Source: a virus
Taxonomy: Duplodnaviria; Caudoviricetes
DNA length: 24,047 bases
Virus record (IMG/VR): IMGVR_UViG_3300005259_000049
Coordinates: 1-24,047 of that record
Direction: 5' to 3' (one strand)
The position numbers and the translations under genes were made by a program. The first letter of the stretch is position 1. Each line of letters begins with the position of its first letter. Shown one piece after another: positions 16,290-24,047 of this stretch. The notes under the pieces are model-generated. The model had not been told where the DNA came from, did no database searches, and was given only the letters and a program-made list of their open reading frames with translations.

Positions 16290-16590
16290 TATCGTTTTTC
16301 GATAGTCTTATCATCTAGGACATTCTCGATTATGTCAATATATTTTTTCGAATTTATCGATAATTTATTTTATCGTTTTTCGATTAGAATAAATAAGAAT
16401 GGTATAAAGCATGCTATGCAATGAAATGGCATATAAGTATTGAAAATATTCTCATGTGAGTATTTAGGCTGAAAAATCAAGATACAAGCCCCCCAGGGGG
16501 GACATGGGGATTCGCGCGTGGAAGAATAACACCTGGAATTATCTACAATATAAAATAGTGTTGACTTATTATCGAAAAACGATATATTAT
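16290..16590. promoter_or_regulatory. Divergent sigma70-like promoters with three TATCG-N5-CGAT(A/T) operators
   Basis: Operators at 16290-16304, 16371-16385 and 16570-16584; rightward TTGACT (16561) N18 TATTAT (16585); leftward TTGACA (16338-16333). Confidence 0.65.
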
Positions 16591-16609
16591 ACAAACTATT
16601 GGAGGAATC

Positions 16610-16864
16610 ATGGCTAGTAGAACATCTACAGGAAAAGTATATGTTGGGATAAAAGTACCTGATAAGAATTACGAATTTCTCCAAGAGATTATAGATAAAG
16701 AAGGCGGCAGTATGGCTGGCTATATCAACGAAGCAATACAGAAATGGCTTCTAGATAAAGGCTTCGATGCAGAAATCGCCATTGACCATAGAACAGGGAA
16801 GTGGGTCAGGATTAAGGAACCAGATACTAATAAGGAAGATAAGGAAGATAAGGGAGACAAGTAG
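16610..16864 (+). CDS. Ribbon-helix-helix (CopG/Arc-like) regulator
   Basis: VYVGIKVP strand, then helices DKNYEFLQEIIDKEG and SMAGYINEAIQKWL; RBS GGAGG. Confidence 0.65.
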   Translation: MASRTSTGKVYVGIKVPDKNYEFLQEIIDKEGGSMAGYINEAIQKWLLDKGFDAEIAIDHRTGKWVRIKEPDTNKEDKEDKGDK

Positions 16865-16867
16865 AGA

Positions 16868-17401
16868 ATGTCAGCAACACCGGAAGCCAGTAAAGGCAAT
16901 TTTGATGAACGTGCAGCAGCTTTCGTCGTTGAGATAACCGATCCAGATTCCCCTAACTTCGGTAATGCCTTAGGTTCAGCCGTATCTGCTATGGATGTCA
17001 CTTATGAGACTGCTCACAAGCAATCCTACAAGCTAATGCGTCAGGATCGTATCAGGAATGAGATAGAACGCATCCTTGAAGAGCGTGGAATGGGGAAGGA
17101 ACACAGGTCATCAGTCCTCATTGAGCTTATCACCCAGAAGATGACTAGAAAGACCGAACGTTACAATGCAGAAGGCGAACTGGTAGAAGTGGTTAAATCA
17201 GGACCAACCTTCTCGGATATTATAAAGGCCGTTGATTTACTTAACCGCATGGATGGCACCTACACCGATCAGAAGAAGGTTTCTGACCAAGAGCGTGATG
17301 TCCATCGCGCCCTCATTAAGGAAGTTATGAGAGAAGCAAGAGACCACGCCAGGGGAAAGAAAATTAAAGAAATAGATGACATTAACACCGAAATCAAATA
17401 A
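16868..17401 (+). CDS. terS: Terminase small subunit
   Basis: FGNALGSAVSA...TAHKQSYKLMRQDRIRNEI resembles the Terminase_2 HTH; C-terminal KAVDLLNRMDG. Confidence 0.65.
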   Translation: MSATPEASKGNFDERAAAFVVEITDPDSPNFGNALGSAVSAMDVTYETAHKQSYKLMRQDRIRNEIERILEERGMGKEHRSSVLIELITQKMTRKTERYNAEGELVEVVKSGPTFSDIIKAVDLLNRMDGTYTDQKKVSDQERDVHRALIKEVMREARDHARGKKIKEIDDINTEIK

Positions 17402-17456
17402 GCCAGATTAAATAAAATAGATTAATGCATACGTCTATCCGAGAAATTTCCCACAA

Positions 17457-18587
17457 TTATTGCACAATCTTGCGAATTTTATGGTTATAGGTATCTGCAA
17501 CAAAAATATCACCTGATGAATTAATGGCAATGCCACCTGGCCAATAAAATGAAGCTGTGTTGCGGGGGCCGTCATCAGAGCCTTGAGTCCCAGTACCTGC
17601 AATTGTAGATACAATCCCATCAGGTGTTATTTTTCTTATCTTATTATTGTACATATCTACAATATAAACATTACCGAAAATATCAATTTTTATCCCTAGG
17701 GGATTATAAAAGGACGCAGTAGCACTGGGACCGTCTATTGAACCCTGAGTTCCTGAACCGGCAAGAGTCGTTACAATACCCAATGAAGATATTTTGCGGA
17801 TCTTCTGATTGCCTGTATCTGTCACATATAAAGTATTATTTACATCAATTGCTATCCCAAATGGTGAGTAGAATGTTGCTGCTGTGCCAGTCCCGTCTGT
17901 TGAGCCAGCAACCCCAGAACCTGCAAAAGTTGTCACTACTTTTTCAGGTGTGATCTTCCGAATACAATTATTGCTTGAGTCTGCTACAAAGATATTGCCT
18001 ATGCTATCAACAGCAATACCCAAAGGATTATGGAAGGATGCGGATGCTCCAGTTCCATCAGTAAATCCTGCGCTCCCTGAACCAGCAATGGTGGTAACAA
18101 TTCCTGTTGGAGTAATTTTTCGAATTTTATTAGTATGAGAATCAACAACATACAGATTCTTTGAGGTATCAATAGCAATACCTAATGGATATCCAAAAGA
18201 AGCTGCTAAGCCTGTGCCATCGACTGAATTAAAACTCCCAGAACCGGCTATTGTCGTTACAATTCCAGTGGACGAAATCTTTCTGATTCGTGAATTACCA
18301 TTATCAACAACATATAAATCGCCAGTAGAATCTACAACAATGTCGGCAGGATAACTGAATGAGGCTGCAGAACCTGTACCATTTGCATATCCTGATGTCC
18401 CTGAGCCAGCAAATGTGTAGACTCCCGAAGGTGCAATTGTTGTGCTCGTGGTCGTAGTGCTCGTGGTCGTAGTGCTCGTGGTCGTAGTGCTCGTGGTAGT
18501 TGTTGCATCGGGACCAGGAATATTTTGGCAACTTGTAATTAACAACGCTGATAGAATAATGATGACAATTCTACTAAGCTTTTTCAT
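17457..18587 (-). CDS. NHL-repeat beta-propeller lipoprotein (moron)
   Basis: Lipobox LITSC, Thr-rich linker, six ASF..P.GIA(V/I)D..GN.YV.D..N.KIRKI repeats. Confidence 0.88.
   Translation of the reverse strand: MKKLSRIVIIILSALLITSCQNIPGPDATTTTSTTTTSTTTTSTTTTSTTIAPSGVYTFAGSGTSGYANGTGSAASFSYPADIVVDSTGDLYVVDNGNSRIRKISSTGIVTTIAGSGSFNSVDGTGLAASFGYPLGIAIDTSKNLYVVDSHTNKIRKITPTGIVTTIAGSGSAGFTDGTGASASFHNPLGIAVDSIGNIFVADSSNNCIRKITPEKVVTTFAGSGVAGSTDGTGTAATFYSPFGIAIDVNNTLYVTDTGNQKIRKISSLGIVTTLAGSGTQGSIDGPSATASFYNPLGIKIDIFGNVYIVDMYNNKIRKITPDGIVSTIAGTGTQGSDDGPRNTASFYWPGGIAINSSGDIFVADTYNHKIRKIVQ
18442..18497 (+). repeat. 15-bp tandem repeat GTGCTCGTGGTCGTA x3.7 encoding the TTTST linker
   Basis: Three perfect copies plus a partial fourth. 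Confidence 0.9.
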
Positions 18588-19215
18588 ATTTAAATCCTTT
18601 TACTACAATATCTAGTATTATTACATATTATTGAAAATACACAAGGTAATATTTATCCTCGATAGAAGGTTTTCTTTTGAAAGATATGAAGGAACCTGAC
18701 AGCGTAGAGTTAAAATCTTTTTAGGCCCACTAAGCTATAAAAAGCATAGTATCTAGCAATAAAAACTAATATCGTTATTAAGAACCTCCGTCATCAATCC
18801 TTTCGTGATATCTCCTGACATCTCCTTCCTTTTATTGACATATTGCTTTAATAAGTGTATTGACACACTTTTTATTTTACTCTCTTAATATAAGTGTTAT
18901 TACACCTTTGTATTTAATAGCACTACAAAAGAGATAAGATGATCACTTTCCTCCGTCTCCAGAGGGCTTCGCTAGCGCTCAGCACGACTACGGAAAGTCA
19001 GGCTTAAAATACTCATAGATAAGCAATATAGACAGAAACATCTCACCACCAAGGGGAAGGTGTCTAGCTTGAGAAAGACTACCTCCTGGTCTTTCTGAAT
19101 GGACTCCAAAAGTATGTTGACCAATAGAGTAAAACGAATTATATAGAAACATACACTAGTGGTGTATATACACTACAATAGAGTTTTATCTAGCTATTCC
19201 TCCTTTGGGAGACGA

Positions 19216-20778
19216 ATGAACTTTGTAAAAACTCACGCTGAAAAGCGGAAGTATAAAGAGTACCTTGAAAAGACAGGGAAGGAGGAGTTAGCGGCCGAGC
19301 TGTACCTTCAATGGAAGGCGCTCACCGATTTGTACTTCTTAGGTGCCGTCATTCTTGGGATGGACAAGATCGAAGATGGGGGGCGTCCCCGCCTAGATCC
19401 AATCCTTCATGGATGGCTTTCGGGCATCATGGAAAGGAATGATGACACCCTTATCTTGATCCCGCGTGGACACATGAAGTCAGCCTGGACCAAGGTAAAG
19501 ATCGTCCAGCTCATCTTGCAGAATCCGAATATACGCATCGGGCTATTCTCACGCACTTCAAGCCTCGTTGAGTCGCAATTAGGCGAAATCAAGCAACTCT
19601 TTTGTACTCCAGAGCTGATGCGTCTATTCCCCGACCGTATTCCTGAGCCCGGAAAGCGTTTCGCCAACTGGAAGCGCAGCATCGCGAACGAGCTCACGGT
19701 TTTCAGATCCCCTGAGTGGGGCCGCGTCCCGCAGGAAAACCAGATAGAAGCCTGGGGCGTTGGCGCCACGATCGTCGGCCGGCACTACGACGTGATCATT
19801 ATGGACGACATCATCAACGAGCAGTCGTGCTCCAGCCCTGAGCAGATCAGGAAGGTTCGTGACTGGTATTCCTATATCCAGTCCATCAAGGACCCGGAAG
19901 GTTTCGAGCTGATGATAGGCACCCGCTACCATTTCTCGGACATCTACGGAACGGTCATCAAGGAAGGCTGGTACAAGGATCGCGTCTACATTCGCCGGGC
20001 GGTGGAAGATGGGAAGCCCATCTATCGCTTCTTCACGCTCTCGATGCTCGCGAAGATCAAGCAACGCCAGGGAGCCTACGAATACTCATGCCAGTACGAT
20101 AACAACCCGGTACCGAGGGATGACCAGATATTTCCTCCCCCGCAGCCAACGTATGCAGTCCTTGCTCCGGGCGCTTACAGCTACTACATGACGGTGGACC
20201 CTGCCGCGACGGCAGAAATCTACTCCGATGACACTGGCGTGATCATCGGCGCGGTCAACTCGGAAGGATTCTTGTATGTCGTCGAGGCGAAGAAGATCCA
20301 CTTGAAGCCCGACAAGATGGTGGATGAGCTAATTAGGCTCATTGTCCAGTACAAGCCTAAGGTCGTCGGCATTGAGTTGGGGCTTCAGGCAGGGATTCAA
20401 TACCTCCTCGACATCAAGAAGCGAGAGTACGAAGAGATCACCGGGAAACCTTTAAGGTTCAAGCTGAAAGAGATCGACGCCCCGCGATCGATGTCTAAGG
20501 AAGACAAGATCAACCGGGTACTAGGCGGTGTCGTCCGGGCTGGCAGGGTGTTCATCCATGAATCCTTAACCGACTTACTCCTCCAAATGGAATTCTTCCC
20601 TAAAGGGGAGCATGACGATCTCGTGGATGCGCTCACGATGATGGTCCAGATCATATCGGAATTCATCTCAGGGAATTCCGGGGATGCGCTTAGGCAGGCT
20701 GCGTATAAGCCTGATTCATTATTTGGGATGTTCAAGAAACGGCTTCGTTCGTCATGGGAGGCGAAATTTGTTGCGTAG
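19216..20778 (+). CDS. terL: Terminase large subunit
   Basis: Walker A-like PRGHMKS, Walker B VIIMDD, GTRYH, nuclease motifs TVDPA and HDDLVDA; ATG at 19216 after GGGAG. Confidence 0.93.
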   Translation: MNFVKTHAEKRKYKEYLEKTGKEELAAELYLQWKALTDLYFLGAVILGMDKIEDGGRPRLDPILHGWLSGIMERNDDTLILIPRGHMKSAWTKVKIVQLILQNPNIRIGLFSRTSSLVESQLGEIKQLFCTPELMRLFPDRIPEPGKRFANWKRSIANELTVFRSPEWGRVPQENQIEAWGVGATIVGRHYDVIIMDDIINEQSCSSPEQIRKVRDWYSYIQSIKDPEGFELMIGTRYHFSDIYGTVIKEGWYKDRVYIRRAVEDGKPIYRFFTLSMLAKIKQRQGAYEYSCQYDNNPVPRDDQIFPPPQPTYAVLAPGAYSYYMTVDPAATAEIYSDDTGVIIGAVNSEGFLYVVEAKKIHLKPDKMVDELIRLIVQYKPKVVGIELGLQAGIQYLLDIKKREYEEITGKPLRFKLKEIDAPRSMSKEDKINRVLGGVVRAGRVFIHESLTDLLLQMEFFPKGEHDDLVDALTMMVQIISEFISGNSGDALRQAAYKPDSLFGMFKKRLRSSWEAKFVA

Positions 20779-20953
20779 CGGTGGGCAGGTAGCTCAGGCC
20801 TCATTCTCGAACCTCCCCGAGAATTACCTGGAACGCCTCATTGCGATGGAGGAACGCATAAAGAAAGCGCCCAAGTACGCCTCAGGAACGAGGAGAACCG
20901 ACGGAACCGCCATGCAGGATTTTCGCACTGGAGCCTACGGAGTGCAGCGGTGA
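20768..20953 (+). CDS. Small hypothetical protein
   Basis: TTG at 20768 after GGGAGG; stop overlaps the next GTG. Confidence 0.55.
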   Translation: MLRSGGQVAQASFSNLPENYLERLIAMEERIKKAPKYASGTRRTDGTAMQDFRTGAYGVQR

Positions 20954-21198
20954 TCACCTACGACTTTAAGTGCGATTCGTGCACTTTTGTACAAACGCAC
21001 TTCGAGGAGCCTGAGAAAGTTAGCGATACTGAACATTTTTGTCCTCACTGCAAGGGGAAAATGCGCCGTCTCTTCGCATCGCCTTCAATCAGGGTTGCGT
21101 TCAGGGCAGGGCATGACCCCTATACCGGGCAGAATTTCGATAGCCAGCGACAGCGGGAAAACTACATGGCCGAGAACGGCATCATGAAGGGGAACTAA
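20950..21198 (+). CDS. FmdB-like zinc-ribbon protein
   Basis: YDFKCDSC...CPHCKGKMRRLFASP. Confidence 0.8.
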   Translation: MITYDFKCDSCTFVQTHFEEPEKVSDTEHFCPHCKGKMRRLFASPSIRVAFRAGHDPYTGQNFDSQRQRENYMAENGIMKGN

Positions 21199-21214
21199 TC
21201 TGACATTTTCTGAA

Positions 21215-23056
21215 TTGAAAGATGCCGTCGATGCCGCCTATGGAAGCCCCGAGCATGAGGAGCGCCGTAAGAAGTGGCAGCGCTTCATTAAGGAATTCAC
21301 CGGGAAGTGGTGGAATGAAGCCGAACTCACCCCTGAGGATTCGCGCGTATTCTGCAACTTCATCTTCTCGACCATCCAGACCACCGCCCCGCTTCTCACC
21401 GACAATAGGCCAATTTGGACGGTCCTTCCCCGACGCTATTTCTTTCAGCGTGTCGCTGACCTTTATAACGATGCTCTCAAGTTCGTTTGGGAAATGACCA
21501 GGATGGATGAAAAGCTCCTCGATGCCGTGTATGACTCTCTCCTCCACGGCACGGCGCTCTTCAAAGTCTACTTCGATCCTGATGCCTCGAATGGGCTTGG
21601 CGATATCGCTATCGATGTCATTGATCCCTTCGATTTCGTCATTGCTCCCGGCTATGACGACCCCTGGAATGCTTCATGGTGCGGGATGCGAAAGCTAATG
21701 CCCGTCGAGGATGTGAAGCGCCTCTATCCGAGCGCAGAAAAGCAGCTCACCCCTGAGGAATATGCGACCGAGCATGACCAGAAGCAGGATCGCCTCGCTG
21801 AACACGATCTCATCGGTGACTACATCCTCGTCTATGAAATCTGGCTTAGGGACAATACGACCGAGGAGGCGATAGAAGAGCAGTATGCCGGGAAGGACGC
21901 TGACGGCCATGAGGTCATGGATTCTAAGAAGGTCAGGAAAGCGAAATACCCCAATGGCCGAATCCTCACCTTCACGGGCGGCAATGCAATCCTCCTCGAT
22001 GACCGCCCTTCACCTTTCAAACATGGAAGGCCGCCTTACGTCGCCCTCCATGACTACAAGGTTCCTCACCAGTTCTGGGGCATCGGGGAACCCGATCAGA
22101 TTGAAAACCTAAACCGGGAATTCAATGTCCGCTTGCAGCAGATCGTGGAGCATGCCCGGAAATATACGAAGCGGAACATCGTCGTCGATGAGTCGGCTGG
22201 CATCACGACCGAGCAGGTGAAGGAAGCGATTCAGAAGGGCGATCAGGTTCTACTGTCGAAGGCGGGCTTCGCAAAAGATGTCGTCGCCACCCTCGATGTT
22301 CCCGACCTTCCCCCGGTGATCACGCAGATAATGTCCACACTTCCTCAGCTCATTGAGGAGGTTTCGGGCGTCACCGATGTCACGAAAGGCGTCACAGGCA
22401 AGCGCCAGCGCCAGACTGCCACCGAGATGTCGATGCTCCTTGAGTCCTCTTATACCCGCACCAGGCAGCGAGTACGAAACCTGGAATCATCAATTAAGCG
22501 GCTCGCCACTCTCATCGTGGAACTCATGATGCAGTTCTACACTGAGCCGCGGAACTTCTATATCCGCAAGGATGACGAGGTTCAGTACGGCGTTATCTCG
22601 AATCAAAGCAGTTTCCTAAAGGAAGCGATGAAGCCGCAAGAGAATGCCGGCCTCATGGATGATGACCTTTCGGAAGAGGAGAAAGAGGACATCGAGGACT
22701 ATGAAAAGCTCATCGATGCCATAGCGGAGACGGATGAAGTCTATTTCGACTTCAATATCGAGATTCAGACCAATTCGACGCTGCCTTTAGACCGCCAGTC
22801 CTTAGCAAACCTCATGCTCCGGCTTGCCGAAATGAAGATCGTCGATGCCCAGGCTGTCCTTGAAACGTTGCGCGTTCCCGGAACCGATAAGATCCTCGCC
22901 CGCCTCGCTGAGCAACGGCAGAAGGAAGAGGAGATGGCGAAGGCTGAAAATCAAGGCGGCGGCAATCCGCAGGAAGCTCAAGACAAGGCGATGGTGCAGA
23001 GCCTTTTAAATGACCTAAGCGATCAGCAAGTGAAGGAGGAAGCGGGTGCCTATTAG
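21215..23056 (+). CDS. Portal protein (P22-like / podovirus-type)
   Basis: 613 aa downstream of terL; IDPFDFVIAP, FWGIG, IEEVSGV..V..G, TATE...L motifs. The start may be CTG at 21200. Confidence 0.85.
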   Translation: MKDAVDAAYGSPEHEERRKKWQRFIKEFTGKWWNEAELTPEDSRVFCNFIFSTIQTTAPLLTDNRPIWTVLPRRYFFQRVADLYNDALKFVWEMTRMDEKLLDAVYDSLLHGTALFKVYFDPDASNGLGDIAIDVIDPFDFVIAPGYDDPWNASWCGMRKLMPVEDVKRLYPSAEKQLTPEEYATEHDQKQDRLAEHDLIGDYILVYEIWLRDNTTEEAIEEQYAGKDADGHEVMDSKKVRKAKYPNGRILTFTGGNAILLDDRPSPFKHGRPPYVALHDYKVPHQFWGIGEPDQIENLNREFNVRLQQIVEHARKYTKRNIVVDESAGITTEQVKEAIQKGDQVLLSKAGFAKDVVATLDVPDLPPVITQIMSTLPQLIEEVSGVTDVTKGVTGKRQRQTATEMSMLLESSYTRTRQRVRNLESSIKRLATLIVELMMQFYTEPRNFYIRKDDEVQYGVISNQSSFLKEAMKPQENAGLMDDDLSEEEKEDIEDYEKLIDAIAETDEVYFDFNIEIQTNSTLPLDRQSLANLMLRLAEMKIVDAQAVLETLRVPGTDKILARLAEQRQKEEEMAKAENQGGGNPQEAQDKAMVQSLLNDLSDQQVKEEAGAY

Positions 23057-23414
23057 CCCAATGCCTGACATGGCGGCCCCTATGCAAAAAGACGTGGGAC
23101 AAACGATTGACGAAAGTCTCTCGGTTATGAATCCCCAGGATGCCTTTCTCATGGCTGAGAAGGGGATGCTCAGGAAGGACATGACCATCAGGGAACTGTT
23201 TTCAAGTCTCGGTGTCGATGTCGAAGGTCCTGTCGTGCAGCTTGCCGATATGGTCCAGCGGGAAACACAGAAGGCAAATCCCTTGAACAAGATGAAGGCG
23301 GTCGCTGGCGCTGGCCAGATTACCGATCCTGTACTAGCAAAAATGGGAGGCGGCGACGCTGCCCCTCAAGCGGGCGGTTCGCTCGAAGATTTAATCGGAA
23401 TGGGAGGCATGTAA
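23046..23414 (+). CDS. Hypothetical head-module protein
   Basis: GTG after AAGGAGG; lies between portal and scaffold. Confidence 0.65.
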   Translation: MPISPMPDMAAPMQKDVGQTIDESLSVMNPQDAFLMAEKGMLRKDMTIRELFSSLGVDVEGPVVQLADMVQRETQKANPLNKMKAVAGAGQITDPVLAKMGGGDAAPQAGGSLEDLIGMGGM

Positions 23415-23418
23415 GCAT

Positions 23419-24047
23419 ATGACCGTTCGTACCTATTTCAGCCCCGATGGCGCAGAAGGCGGGAGTCCCGGCGTTTCCGCCGACACGGCTCCAATCTCAT
23501 CCGCTCCCGGACAAGTTGAAAGCACCCCTGCCCCGGCAGGACAAGTCGATACAGGTACTTTTCTCGACCTCGAAGATGAGAAGGGCGCAAAGAAGTCGTA
23601 TCGGACCAAAGATGACTTTCTAAAAGAATGGAAGAACATGGGCATGATGCGCTCGGACTATACCCGGAAGACCGCGGAGATCGCGAAACTTCGGGAAGAA
23701 CATGAGCGCCAGAAAGCCGATTGGGATTCCAAACGGAAAGAAGAATCCTCCAAGTTCGATAAGTACAACCAATTCCTGCGCGATAACCCGGACATCTACC
23801 GACAGCTTCAGGAGGCCGTGAAGAACGGCCCCTCCACGCGAGGCGTTCTCGACGGCGCACGTCAGTACGCAGATGAGAAGTACGCCGCGCTGGAAAAGAA
23901 GCTTGAGGATATGGAAGGCTGGAAGAAGGGACGCGAGCAGGAAGAGGCGAAGCGAAAACTCTTCGATTCCTTTAAGGCTAAGTACGAGGATTTCGATGAG
24001 CCCTCCATCGAGGATGCCTTAAAGGTGCTCTCGGAAGGCGACTCGGA
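23419..24047 (+). CDS. Probable capsid scaffolding protein (3'-truncated, absent from ORF track)
   Basis: Open frame from ATG 23419 to the window end: MTVRTYFSPDGAEGG..., low-complexity N-terminus, DYTRKT motif, charged coiled coil. Confidence 0.7.
   Translation, partial: MTVRTYFSPDGAEGGSPGVSADTAPISSAPGQVESTPAPAGQVDTGTFLDLEDEKGAKKSYRTKDDFLKEWKNMGMMRSDYTRKTAEIAKLREEHERQKADWDSKRKEESSKFDKYNQFLRDNPDIYRQLQEAVKNGPSTRGVLDGARQYADEKYAALEKKLEDMEGWKKGREQEEAKRKLFDSFKAKYEDFDEPSIEDALKVLSEGDS

Larger units (their letters stand above)
14945..16305 (-). ncRNA. Candidate large structured RNA enclosing a 127-aa ORF
   Basis: Many local and long-range helices whose irregular pairs are mostly G-U on the minus strand (A-C on plus); leftward TTGACA at 16333-16338; T7 tract at 14945-14951. 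Confidence 0.6.
1..24047. mobile_element. Temperate phage / prophage (partial), P22-like portal
   Basis: att core, Xis-like protein, recombination/replication genes, repressor, TerS, TerL, portal and scaffold. Confidence 0.92.

Noticed and set aside
14945-16305. Group I or group II intron
   Set aside because: UAGUCG/UAGUCC resemble the group I P7' strand, but I found no properly placed partner, no group II domain V, no interrupted host gene and no RT or homing-nuclease ORF. Not formally excluded without a covariance-model search.
15727-16684. ORFs 15727-15987, 15815-16060, 15866-16159, 16120-16305, 16370-16684
   Set aside because: They overlap better-supported genes, promoters or RNA structure, and lack an evident RBS or protein-like composition.
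16831-16860. 9-bp repeat AAGGAAGAT at the end of the RHH gene
   Set aside because: Explained as a low-complexity KED tail; too short to imply a function.
19407-23860. Minus-strand ORFs over terL, portal and scaffold
   Set aside because: Antisense shadows of conserved plus-strand head genes.

Overview
A 24-kb segment of a temperate phage or prophage, probably from a Spirochaetota host (inferred from a spirochete-type short SSB and lipoprotein signal peptides). It opens at an attachment site: the 3' half of a CAT-anticodon tRNA plus 12-bp arm-type repeats. Next come a leftward early operon (NinG, replication initiator, Gp157, Xis-like HTH, SSB, Sak4-like ATPase) and a divergent XRE repressor. 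An AT-rich defence insert follows (Vsr, C5 methyltransferase, PD-(D/E)xK endonuclease, one unknown nuclease-like gene), then a leftward anti-defence-like operon (ArdC, second SSB, RadC, small ORFs) and AT-rich lipoprotein morons. The window ends in the head module (RHH regulator, TerS, TerL, FmdB-like zinc ribbon, P22-like portal, scaffold). The most unusual element is at about 14945-16305 (minus strand): an apparently highly structured ~1.35-kb transcript. It loops out an orphan 127-aa ORF with nested long-range helices, carries 13 GGG-motif repeats and two competing pairings, and ends in a minimal tRNA-like acceptor/T-arm mimic plus a U-tract. All calls are by eye and motif recall; no searches or folding programs were run.
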